NCBI RefSeq assembly: GCF_004010195.1
Contig: NC_057758.1
Span: 2,741,853-2,805,852 of the forward strand
DNA from: Chiloscyllium plagiosum
Taxonomy: Eukaryota
Direction of reading: 5' to 3'
DNA length: 64,000 nucleotides
Shown in pieces: positions 50,907-62,119 of this stretch. Every line of letters begins with the position of its first letter. The stretch's first letter is position 1. The translations under genes and the position numbers were made by a program. The notes beneath the pieces were generated by a model that saw only the letters and a program-made list of their open reading frames with translations, ran no database searches and was not told the origin of the DNA.

Positions 50907-51796
50907 TTACCTGACGTATCTCCGAATTAATAACCATGGAGATTTTGCCATATTTTTCAACTCTTCTCTGAATTTGCTCTGTGTTGCTGCATAAATGCAA
51001 GGATTTAGAAAGTAACTAAAAAACGATAAGATATTACCAACTTCAATCGCGATAAATTTAGGGTTTGTGAACTTACCTCGGTAATAAACAGTGTTTGTTA
51101 TTTTGGTAACACCTAAACTCACCGCATTTGTCAACCAGAGCAAGAGAAAACTTACTGATATTGAGAATAACAAAGTGATGGACTTCCTGCGGTTCTCCAT
51201 TTCTGAGTCACATTTGGTGCTCCGGAGTTCAGTGCGGGTTCTATTTGCCAGGACAATTCGTTGGACAGTTAATGAATTACACAAGACGATCAGTGTGAAA
51301 GGAATCCAAATGACACAGGCGCTGTAAAACCAGACATAACCTGTACCTGCAGAAGAAGAAAAGAATGCTGCCTGTGACCGGCAGCCCCACTGCACATTGT
51401 TAATAATTTTCTCAGATTCATAAGCAAACAAAACTGGTACTTCCTTCAATACGATCACAACCGTGATAGTTATTACCAGAGTGACTGCAGTTCTTTTAGT
51501 GCAATATTTTGTTTGAAACTTCTGGCAACAAATCACGACAAATCGGTCAAAGGTGAAAGAAACAATGCACCAAACAGATAAATCGGGAGTGACAGCAGAC
51601 ATGTATATAATAACTCTGCAAACAGGAGTATGGGACAGGAATGATAAAGGAAAGTGGTAACTGAAGATGTGATAGACTATTATATTGTTCATCAGGAAGA
51701 GTAGATCTGTTGTTGCCATGGCCAACATGTAAACAGTGATACATTTGGAAAGGCCGCATTTTCTTTGTGAAATAATCCAAATTGTGGCCAAGTTCG
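50907..51796 (-). CDS. GPR139/GPR142-like class A GPCR, exon 2 (intact)
   Basis: Acceptor ttttattctatctcatAG|CGAACTTG at 51796. Open frame to TAA at 50907 with the hydrophobic TM segments: LAMATTDLL, PVC, DLSVW..FTFDRF..CCQKF, WGC, IPFTLIVLCNSLT, ENRRKSITLLF, NPCIYAATQSKFREEL. Confidence 0.92.
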
Positions 51797-51900
51797 CTAT
51801 GAGATAGAATAAAAAAAACTCATCAGTGCCTGATTCAAATTAAGTATGATAACGTCGGTCAATTACATGTGATTAAAACATTCAAAACTCATTTAGTCAT

Positions 51901-52199
51901 GATTAGAGTTACTTACAGTGTAGAAACAGGCCATTCGGCCCAATAAGTCCACACTGACCCTCTGAAGCACAACCCACCCAAGCCCGTTCCCCTACACCTA
52001 ACACTACGGGCAATTTAGCATGGCCAATTCACCTAACCTGCACATTTTTGGACTGTGGGAGGAAACCAGAGCACCCGGAGGAAACCCACGCAGACACGGG
52101 GAGAATGTACAAACTCCATACACTCTGAGGTGGGAATTGAACCCGGGTCTCTGGCGCTATAAGGCAACAGTGCTAACCACTGTGCCACCGTGCCACCCG
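51901..52199 (-). mobile_element. HE1/V-SINE-like SINE in the GPCR intron
   Basis: Reverse complement head gtgctaaccactgtgccaccgtgccaccc and core ggaaacccacgcagacacggggagaatg. Confidence 0.88.
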
Positions 52200-52590
52200 T
52201 GTCATGTAGCGCTGACATCAGTTTGTAAGGGGGTACAAGACATTCGAAAAATAGGCAAGACCATTAAGAAGCATTATTATCACACCCGCAAGATGAAGCA
52301 AAAGCAGAGATTAAAATGCGAGGTTGATCATAAAATTCTCCAAATTAGTTATTATGAAAATGGCAGCAAAGAAAGTGGTCTCTTGACTCAAGTATGCAAA
52401 TAAACAAGAAAGATGACAGGGATCAACACAGAGAGATTACCTATGAATCAACAGGCCCGCCTGTGGGGCAACCGTTGTGCCCATTAGCCCGGATTGAGAA
52501 AATTGGATTAAGTCCTGCTTGCTTCAGAAGTTTCCAAAACATCTTTGAGCAAGTTGATTTCAAAAAATTGGTTTAAAAATGTCAACTTAC

Positions 52591-52660
52591 CAGGAACAGC
52601 TACACATGCAAGTAACGGGTAACAAATCTCTTTCACCAGTAGAATTGCAGCTTTCATCAT
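52591..52660 (-). CDS. GPR139-like GPCR, exon 1
   Basis: MMKAAILLVKEICYPLLACVAVP-G|GTAAGT donor at 52590. Phase-1 intron 51797-52590. Spliced CDS is 960 nt, giving 319 aa. Confidence 0.85.
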
Positions 52661-52790
52661 TTTGTACAACAGTGAATATTTCTGAAGAAGCTGAAATACT
52701 ATGATCAGTTGCAGCCGTGGCGCTGGAAGGGAATCTGTATTTATGCATGCATCAATCCTTCGGGGAGTCAACCAGTTACATTAATCACAG

Positions 52791-52797
52791 TTATATA
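52791..52797 (-). promoter_or_regulatory. Candidate TATA box of the intact GPCR gene
   Basis: TATATAA on the minus strand about 130 bp upstream of the ATG at 52660. Motif only. Confidence 0.35.
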
Positions 52798-53439
52798 ACA
52801 AAGACAGAGAATGTTCTTTGGCTGAAATAGTTAAATTAAAGAAACGCGCATTACAAATGAAGTCAATTCTTTGTAAGGCCTGCCGGCACTAAAGTTGAGG
52901 TTAGCTCACAAGAGCATATTCTCACGAGAATCACTTTGGTGTTCATTGAATTCTTTCACATAAACATGCTACTGAGGGACGTTTCAGTTGCTGTATTCAT
53001 TGCTCAAGGATATTTTTCCCACCACTAACATCAACAAGCTCATCTTTCAGGAAATTAGTTGGCTTCACCATTTGCTCCCCTCCGCAACCAGTATTGTCCC
53101 TCATAAATGTCTTTTAGTGCGCAAGATAATATTTTGTGATCGCATGCATAAAATGCAAGAATGAAATTTGCGAAGTAATCCCATATGTCTAAATGTTGCT
53201 ATGACATTTAATTCTTCCACGAATGGAATATTATTTTTTTAAAAAAAGACCGGGGTTGGCTGTGTTTGCTCACCAGTCTTATTTGTCCAGCAGCTTTTTC
53301 GCAGCCATTCTTCCAGTGTTGCTCTGTTTGCTTTTCTTCTGCATGTTCCCGAATAGCTCATCTCCATAATATGCATGAATACAGTCGCATTCTGCAAAAG
53401 ATATCATTCAAATTGCATGTTTTCACCTTTATGCTATTT

Positions 53440-54050
53440 TATGTGCTATGGTCCAGTTCATACGCTTGTATAAAATTGTATACAGTTGTATACGATTTTG
53501 ATTCGGCCCAATTTGGAATACTGCGTCCACTTCTGGTCAACACATTAACAAAAGGATGTGGATGTTTTGGAGAGGGTGCAGATAAATTTTATTAGAATGT
53601 TCCCTGGTATGGAGGACACTAGTTACCAAGAAAGGTTGAGCACATTCGGATTACTTTCATGAGGAAGATCGAGGTTGAGGGGGTCTTGTTTGATATTAAC
53701 AAATCATGAGAGGTATGGGTAGGGTGGATAACAAGAAGGTTTTTTGCAGAGTGCGGAACTCTAATCCTGGAGGTCAAGAATTCAAAGTGAGAGGGGAAAT
53801 TTTAGGGGAATCTGCGTGCAAAACTCTTTACACAGAGCGTGCTGGGTGCCTGAATGCGTTGCCAGTGATGGTAGGAGAGGTGGACACGATAGCGTCGTTT
53901 AAGATGTACTTGGACAGATACGTGAATGGACAGCGAGCAAAAGATACAGACACTTCGAAACAAGGTGGCAGGTTTATGTAAAGGATCTAGATTGGAGCAG
54001 GCTTGGAGGGCCGAAGGGTCTGTTCTGGTGCTGTAATTTTCTTTGTTCTT
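53440..54050 (+). mobile_element. Diverged CR1 3' fragment
   Basis: attcggcccaatttggaatactgcgtccacttctggtc (IRPNLEYCVHFWS)...gggccgaagggtctgttctgg tail. Confidence 0.7.
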
Positions 54051-54655
54051 TGAACTTTTTCTATGCATGTATGTTGTGGATTTTCCGGGAGTGATGCAGT
54101 TAGCCCAACCATTGCATTTTCAACAAATGAGAATTTATTTGCAAGATTACCGATTAATACAAAGAAAAGAGAACATAATGTATAATATCTTTATTGAACC
54201 GAAAGCTCAACAGTTTTCCCAACTTAACGATGCTGTTCCAAATACCTGCAAAAATTGCCTTAAATATATCTTTGCTAAAAAAAAAGGGAAAATGCAATAT
54301 TGGTTTTTACAGGTGAAATATCAGACAGAGGGAGGATACACTTTCACTTTTCTTTTTAACTTGAATGCGTTTTGCTTGAGGTAGTATCTGTTAGCTAGAA
54401 TTAAATTGGCACAAAAACCCTTTCAACCGAGACACCCTGGAACCCATGTCTTTACAATCGTTCTAAATATAAAAAAACAAATGGTCCAATAACCTTGATT
54501 AAGGAGAAGCAGCATCCCAAATGGATCCTGATGTACTTGTTCACCTGCATGACAATTTCTTCGAGCAAGAATTCTCTCCCTGTCCCATTGACTCCTTCAC
54601 ACGCTTTCAAAACTTCACCTTCACCTGGACTCTGAACTTTCACCTGAACTCGACA

Positions 54656-54953
54656 TCTTCATTAGAAACTATTGGCCTCACATTGGTCGCCTCATTTTCT
54701 CAATTCCTCAGACTATCTCCCTATTAACTGATTCAATTCCGTGCTCTCTCAGATCCAACCCGAATTGTTTTACTAATCCTGTCACCAAGTGTGGTGCTGT
54801 TGTTTCTTCATTAGAAACTATTGGCCTCACATTGGTCGCCTCATTTTCTCAATTCCTAAGACTATCTCCCTATTAACTGATTCAATTCCGTGCTCTCTCA
54901 GATTCAACCCGAATTGTTTTACTAATCCTGTCACCAAGTGTGGTGCTGTTGTT
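54656..54953. repeat. 149-bp direct tandem duplication
   Basis: 54656-54804 repeated at 54805-54953 with two visible substitutions. Confidence 0.9.
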
Positions 54954-55274
54954 ATGTGCTCTACTCAAGTCTACATTACAATTGTTGAGGGCTAGCTTCG
55001 AAAACCTCCAGCTACCTCTACTCGGACCATCATTCCGCCATGGCGAACACAACTGTCACGACCGCTGTTTCATCCTGTGATCTTCCGTTGACTGCTTCCA
55101 CGCTCATAGTCTCCCAGCCACACGCAGCCCAATTCTACCTCCTTCCAAAAATTCAGAAAGAGGACTTCCTTGGCATCTTTGTGGTCTCTGCCCGTTTTTG
55201 CCTCTGTTCCAACCCCGATTCGATGTTTTTCTCCTCTTCTTCTGTCCATTCGCATCTGCATCCGCCATTCCCTT

Positions 55275-55739
55275 GACGGCACGTGGCACAGTGGTTAACA
55301 CTGCTGTCTCACAGCGCCAGAGACCCGGGTTCAATTCCCGCCTCAGGCGACTCTCTGTGTTTGCACATTCTCCGCGTGTCTGCGTGGGTTTTCTCCGGGT
55401 GCTCCAGTTTCCTCCCACAATCCCAAAATGTGCAGGTTAGGTGAATTGATCATGCTAAATTGTCCGTAGTCACAGCGCCAGAGACCCGGGTTCAATTCCC
55501 GCCTCAGGCGACTCTCTGTGTTTGCACATTCTCCGCGTGTCTGCGTGGGTTTCCTCCCGGTGCTCCGGTTTCCTCCCACAATCCAAAAATGTGCAGGTTA
55601 GGTGAATTGATCATGCTAAATTGTCCGTAGCGTTAGGTGAAGGGGTAAATGTAGGAGTATGGGTCTGGGTGGTAGGTGGGTCGGTGTGGACTTGCTGGCC
55701 CGAAGGGCCTGTTTCCACTTTGTAAGTAATCTAATCTAT
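55275..55739 (+). mobile_element. HE1/V-SINE-like SINE with a 161-bp internal tandem duplication
   Basis: 55309-55469 repeated at 55470-55630; tail gtaagtaatctaatcta. Confidence 0.9.
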
Positions 55740-56658
55740 ATTCAAGTTTCTGAATTTCCAGTTGGCAGGCTGCACTCAGATTTTTTTTCCCTTGGGACAT
55801 TCAATTCCTTGACACCTCCACCCCATCAGGGTGGTCGCAGGGCTCCATGATACTGCTTGAAAAAAAGAAGGCCCCATCTACCATGAACGTCTTCTGCCTG
55901 GCCTAGCTTGTGATCACCCTGAACATCTGCAGTTTTAAATCCTCTCACCTACTCCACGTTCCTGCATGGGCCACAGTGAAACCTGTCTCTTTGTGGGCTG
56001 TGTGAAACTTTTCTTGTTTCAGTCTGACCACAGGCCCCACCCACAGCTCTTTCTAGGGGATGTCCATGATTTTATCCATGCTGCTTCACTGTCTCGATCG
56101 GAATTTTAAACGTTTATCTATTTCACTTCCAATTTCCACCCTGATCTCATCTTCACCTGGTCCACCTCTGACATGGTCCCTTCCCTTCCTCAAAAAATCT
56201 ATTTGGATTTCTGGTGATATATTGCCCACCAATAACCACTATAAGCCCACTGACAATCACATTTAGATTGACTATATATTCCGCACCCTGCTTTCTCTGA
56301 AGACTCTATTCCATTGCCCCAGTTTATCCGTCTTCATCACATCTTTTCTCAAATTGTCAAGGTTGGTGGGAGGACCTTCGAAATGTGCACCTTTATAATC
56401 AACTCAGGATTCCACAGCAGTCTTGCTACAGGGCCCCCAGCTGGATTCGATCTGTCTCTCACACGTCAGTCCTTCCTCTCTTCCCCCTTACAGCATCAAT
56501 AGAGTTCACCTTATCCTCACCCACCAGCATCAACATCATGAAAAATATTAGCCGCTATTTCCGCCATTTCAGCAGGTTGCCAAAACTAGACACATGTTCT
56601 CCTCCGTTCTGTCAGCATTCTGCAAGGACCATTCCAGCCGAGGAACCCTTGTCTATTC

Positions 56659-57203
56659 TGTGACGATGCTGTCCGTTTAACAACGTTATTATATCCTTGG
56701 ATTTTTAAAGAGAGGTCGTAAATGCAGAGGTGTCGCGCAGTCTGGTAAAAGCTTAGTTTACCAAAGGCATGGGAGTGCCTGTGTCTTCCATTCAGGTTTT
56801 TTTCCGGTTTGGTTTAGCTGTGGCAGTCACAAGATGTTTGAATCGAGGATAGGGCAGTAGACTTCATCGTATGGTTCCTGACTGAGATTCTCTGAAATCT
56901 CTTTGGATATTGTTCCCTGCTGCCTGCAAGAATCTGTGTTTGAATTTACCCTTTGTGTAAGGGGTATGTTTATGGAATGATACCGAATTAGTACATTTCC
57001 TTATTTACGGTACTGAACCGGTACCAATAATTTTCCAACAGTGACGTTTTTCTCTTTTCCATTATCTTTGGTTCGTCTTTCGACTGCAGTGTTAAAATGA
57101 ATTCTGTTTTGTTTTAAGCCGAGTGTTTTGACCAGCTGCACCATACCTGGAATACCCATTTCATATCTGCTTTGGAAATCAGAAAGTTAGCGTGTAAGCA
57201 ACA
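56659..57203 (+). mobile_element. LTR fragment (same family as 17489-18418)
   Basis: tgtgacgatgctg start; gagtgttttgaccagctgcaccatacctggaa block. The 3' end appears truncated. Confidence 0.6.
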
Positions 57204-57675
57204 CGGCGCCACAGTCTCATGGCACATTCTGTAGATTTGGAGATTCTATAAATCTTGCCTGTTTACTCCCTCACTCTTCACACTCCAAGGTATCATTCAG
57301 GGTTTTATCTGCACTTCACTGTATCTAGTCTACTCTATTCACTGATTGCAATGCCGTGCCCTCCACCCAGGGGGAACTTAAACACAGGTCATGTGACCAC
57401 TTCGTTGCCCCACTACATTCTGTCCACAGAGACCACCCTGTGGCTTTTCAATTCAACACACCACCGTATTCTCTGGCAAACATCTCCATCTGAGGCTTGC
57501 GGCAGTGAAGCTCAGCACAAGTTACAAAATCAGCACCTCATTTTCCACTTGCGAACCCTGCAGCTGAATATGGAGCTCATCAATTTTAGCGCTCTAGCAC
57601 CTTCCCCTATGCTTTTGCTCAAACCCACACACCAAGTCTAGTCATTACATGAACCAATACCACACACTGCCCATT

Positions 57676-59112
57676 AGAACATAGAACATAGAAGAATACA
57701 GCGCAGTACAGGCCCTTCGGCCCTCGATGTTGCGCCTATCCAAGCCCACCTAATCTACACTAGCCCACTATCCTCCATATGCCTATCCAATGCCCGCTGA
57801 AATGCCCATAATGAGGGAGAGACTGCTACTGGCAGGGCATTCCATGAACTCACGACTCGCTGAGTAAAGAACCTACCCCTAACATCTGTCCTATACCTAC
57901 CACCCCTTAATTTAAAGCTATGCCCCCTCATAATAGCTGACTCCATACGTGGAAAAAGATTCTCACTGTCAACCTATCTAAACCCCTAATCATCTTGTAC
58001 ACCTCTATCAAGTCACCCCTAAACCTTCTTTACACCATTGAAAACAACCCCAAGTGCCTCAGCCCTGCCTCATACGATCTCTCTACCATACCAGGCAACA
58101 TCCTGGTAAACCACCTCTGCACCCGTTCCAGTGCCTCCACATCCTTCCTATAGTATGGCAACCAAAACTGCACACAATANNNNNNNNNNNNNNNNNNNNN
58201 NNNNNNNNNNNNNNNNNNNNNNNNNNNNNNNNNNNNNNNNNNNNNNNNNNNNNNNNNNNNNNNNNNNNNNNNNNNNNNNNNNNNNNNNNNNNNNNNNNNN
58301 NNNNNNNNNNNNNNNNNNNNNNNNNNNNNNNNNNNNNNNNNNNNNNNNNNNNNNNNNNNNNNNNNNNNNNNNNNNNNNNNNNNNNNNNNNNNNNNNNNNN
58401 NNNNNNNNNNNNNNNNNNNNNNNNNNNNNNNNNNNNNNNNNNNNNNNNNNNNNNNNNNNNNNNNNNNNNNNNNNNNNNNNNNNNNNNNNNNNNNNNNNNN
58501 NNNNNNNNNNNNNNNNNNNNNNNNNNNNNNNNNNNNNNNNNNNNNNNNNNNNNNNNNNNNNNNNNNNNNNNNNNNNNNNNNNNNNNNNNNNNNNNNNNNN
58601 NNNNNNNNNNNNNNNNNNNNNNNNNNNNNNNNNNNNNNNNNNNNNNNNNNNNNNNNNNNNNNNNNNNNNNNNNNNNNNNNNNNNNNNNNNNNNNNNNNNN
58701 NNNNNNNNNNNNNNNNNNNNNNNNNNNNNNNNNNNNNNNNNNNNNNNNNNNNNNNNNNNNNNNNNNNNNNNNNNNNNNNNNNNNNNNNNNNNNNNNNNNN
58801 NNNNNNNNNNNNNNNNNNNNNNNNNNNNNNNNNNNNNNNNNNNNNNNNNNNNNNNNNNNNNNNNNNNNNNNNNNCTCCATATGTGGAAAAAGGTTCTCAT
58901 GGTCAACCCTATCTAAACCCCTAATCATCTTGTACACCTCTATCAAGTCACCCTAAACCTTCTTTTCTCCAATGAAAACAGCCCCAAGTGCCTCAGCCTT
59001 TCCTCATACGATCTTCCTACCATACCAGGCAACATCCTGGTAAACATCCTTTGCACCCGTTCCAGTGCCTCCACATCCTTCCTATAGTATGGCGACCAAA
59101 ACTGCACACAAT
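57676..59112 (-). mobile_element. CR1 3' fragment spanning an assembly gap
   Basis: Tail agaacatagaacatagaagaata; MRGHSFKLRGGRYRTDVRGRFFTQRVV. Near-identical 238-bp blocks on both sides of the gap. Confidence 0.85.
58180..58874. other. Assembly gap (N run)
   Basis: Run of n. Confidence 1.
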
Positions 59113-59203
59113 AGGATGTCTGGTCTGGCCCATAACCCCATTAATAGCTATTTATTCCCTCAAGCTAAACTGTAATCGGACAGCGGTTTGTCTCTCATTG
59201 TCT

Positions 59204-59540
59204 ATATTATGGACAAGGCCAAACCACCTCAAAACATTTCAAAATGTACCTGGGGCCTAACTTGTTTTAGTTACTATAATCAGTTGTAAATGGGATGTTC
59301 CAGGAGTGATGCAGCTGGCTCAGCCACACAGGTGTAATCAAAACATTTACAGACTACTGAATGAAACACGACCCGAATTTAGAATAACTTGACCTATCTG
59401 AAAACCCAATCGGGCCTATTGCAACTGAATGACGCTGTTCCAAGTAATTATAACATCCTCATAAACACTCCTAGGCATATAAAAGGTAACACAGATTATT
59501 ATAGGAGAAATGTCAGAGAGAGAGAGAGAAAGAGAGAGAG
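59204..59540 (-). mobile_element. LTR fragment
   Basis: tattatggacaaggccaaaccacctcaaaacatt resembles the LTR end of element B. caggagtgatgcagctgg is shared with 17960 and 54085. Confidence 0.5.
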
Positions 59541-59714
59541 AGACTCTCTGCCTCTGATCAACCATGTTTTCATTCATTAATTCAAATTGTGTCCCATTGC
59601 AGGCAGGTTATCACTCTCACACACACGCATGCACACGAACAGAGACGCAGACACATACAGGGACACACACGCATACACAGACAGAGAAAACATAGTAGTA
59701 TGAACGTATATAAC

Positions 59715-61310
59715 ATCAAATATACAATGAACAAAGAATATTCACAGTCCAGGAACAGGGCTTTCAGCCCTCCAAGCCCGAGCTGATCCAAATCTACTGT
59801 CTAAACGTGTCGCTTAGTCCTTAAGCATATGTATCCCTCGGCTCCCCATCTAGTCATGCATCTGTCCAGGGACATCTTGAATGAATCTAATTTGTCTGCT
59901 TCTACTACCTCTGTTGGCAACCCGTTCCAGGCACCTATCAAACTCGGTGTAAAGTACTTGCCGCGTGAATTCCCCATAAGCATTTCACCTCTCACCTTGA
60001 AAGCTTGACCTCTCGTTATTGAATCCTTCACTCTGTGAAAAAGCTTTTCTCTATCTACCCTATCTGTACCCTTGGTGATTTTGTAGACGGCAATCAGGTC
60101 CCTGCTCATTTTCCTTTTTTTGTAATGAAAACAAACCTAACCTAACCTCTCTTCATACCTCCCTTCCATACCAGGCAACATCCTCGTAAATCTTCTCTAC
60201 ACCCTCTCCATAGCGTCCACCTCCTTTTGGTAAAGTGACGACAAGAACTGTACAAAGTATTCTAAATGCGGCCGAAACAACGCGTACAATTTTAACATGA
60301 CCTGCCAGCTCTTATACTCAATAGTCCGTCCAATAAAGGCAAGCATACCATCTGCCTTCTTGACCACTCTATCCATCTCTGCAGCAATCTTCATTGTACA
60401 ATGGACCTGAAATCCTAGACATCTCTGCTCATCAACTTTTCCCAAGGCTCTTCCGTTTAATGTATAATTCACTCTAAAATTAGACATCCCAAAATGTGTC
60501 AACTCACATTTGCCTGGATTGAACTCCAACTGCCTCTTCTCCGTCAACTCTTCAAGCTATCTATATTCTCCTGTATTCTTTGACAGTCCACTATGCTTCC
60601 TGCTATTCCACCAATCTTCGTATCATCTGCAAACTTACTGATCAGACCAACAATGCCCTCTTCTGGATCATTTCTGCATATTACAAACAGCAGATGTCAA
60701 AGCACTGATCCCTGTGGCACAGCACTGGTCACCTTTCTTCATTTCAAGAAACTCTGTTCAACTACTACTCTCTGTCTCCTGTTGCTCAACCAGTTCTTTA
60801 TCCACCAATTAGAACACGCTGCACACCATGTGACTTCACTTTCTCCATTAGTTTGCCATGGGAAACCTTCTCAATCGCCTTACAAAACTTCATGTGTATG
60901 ACAACTGCAGACATTCCTTCATCTATCAACTTGGTCACTTCCTCAAAGAACTCTATTAAGTTGGTAAGGCACGATCACTCCCCCTCACACGGTCCACACA
61001 TAAATCCGTGCTGCCTATCACTCATAAACCCATTCTCCTCTAAATATAAATAGATTTTTTCCCTCAGTACCTTCCCCAGCAGCTTTCCCAGCACTGCCCT
61101 CAGGCTCACTGGTCTGTAGTGAACCAAAACATCCCTACTATCTTTCCTGTACAGGGGGACAACATGAGCAACCCTTCAGTCCTCCGGCACCTCACCTGTG
61201 TTTAAGGACGCTACAAAGATATTTGACAGGACCCCGTTTATTTCTTCTCTATCTTCCCTCAGCCACCTTAGATCGCTCGCATCCGGTGCTCGGGAGTTGT
61301 CCACCTCAAT
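59715..61310 (-). mobile_element. CR1 RT to 3' end fragment
   Basis: [51 protein letters not shown] on the minus strand. Confidence 0.85.
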
Positions 61311-61549
61311 AACCTCTAGCCTACACAAACACTCAGACACTTATAGATACACACACAGACACTCAAAATGCTACGGTATATTATCAGGGAAGAAGCCAAT
61401 CTTTTTAATAAATTCAAGGTCATTTGCACTAACTGTGCATGTCTCTACTTGGTGCTCAGACAGGCAGAGAGCTTTTGATTAATCACGTTTTATTTCACTC
61501 GTTCAGAATATGCCTCATTATTCTCTCTTTCTCTCTCTCTTCCAGTCTT

Positions 61550-61583
<34 letters not shown>

Positions 61584-62119
61584 GGAAAAAGACTGACAGA
61601 TGAAATGGGATGGAGCGGTTAACGTGTGAATAGAGTTTGGCTAAGCTCATGGTGTTTTATTTGTACCAGATAGAGATGAATCCTATTTGAGGTTCATTTG
61701 ATTATGAGAGTCACGGGCAGAGTAGGTACGATGTAACTGCTTCACTTAACCGATTGTCAAGAACAAAGATAGTAAAAACAAATAAAGTTTCATTTTGTGG
61801 TTATGGGCAGGGTAATATACGGGACTGAGGGAATACGTTTTAACTCAGAGAATGATAGGGTTCCGGAATGCTCTGCCCAGGAGGGCAAGCTGAGGCGGGA
61901 AGACCACAACTATTTAAAAAAAAATTGCAGGATATAGGCTTGGTATGGCAAAGTGTGCTCATGTGGTTTTAGTACATGTTTGGCAGTAGAGACCTGAAGG
62001 GCTGAAGGGTGTTTTTGGTGGTCTGTTATTCCATAAATTCATAGGTCTGTCTGAGGAATCAAAAATCACATTGGATCCAATCTCTCTACAAAAAATGAGA
62101 ATTTTAGAAGTGTTACAGT

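Larger units (their letters stand above)
54400..57675 (+). mobile_element. Old decayed Penelope-like element (RT and GIY-YIG remnants)
   Basis: SQPHAAQFYLLPKIQK (PLE RT motif FYxLPKIHK) ~55110; FTWS..SLPFL and YKPTD ~56150-56255; QHKLQNQHLIFHLRTLQ ~57510. Interrupted by a SINE and an LTR fragment. Confidence 0.7.

Noticed and set aside
50907..52660. Assigning the gene symbol GPR139
   Set aside because: Family resemblance only. Sequence divergence and tandem paralogs argue against 1:1 orthology without a phylogeny.
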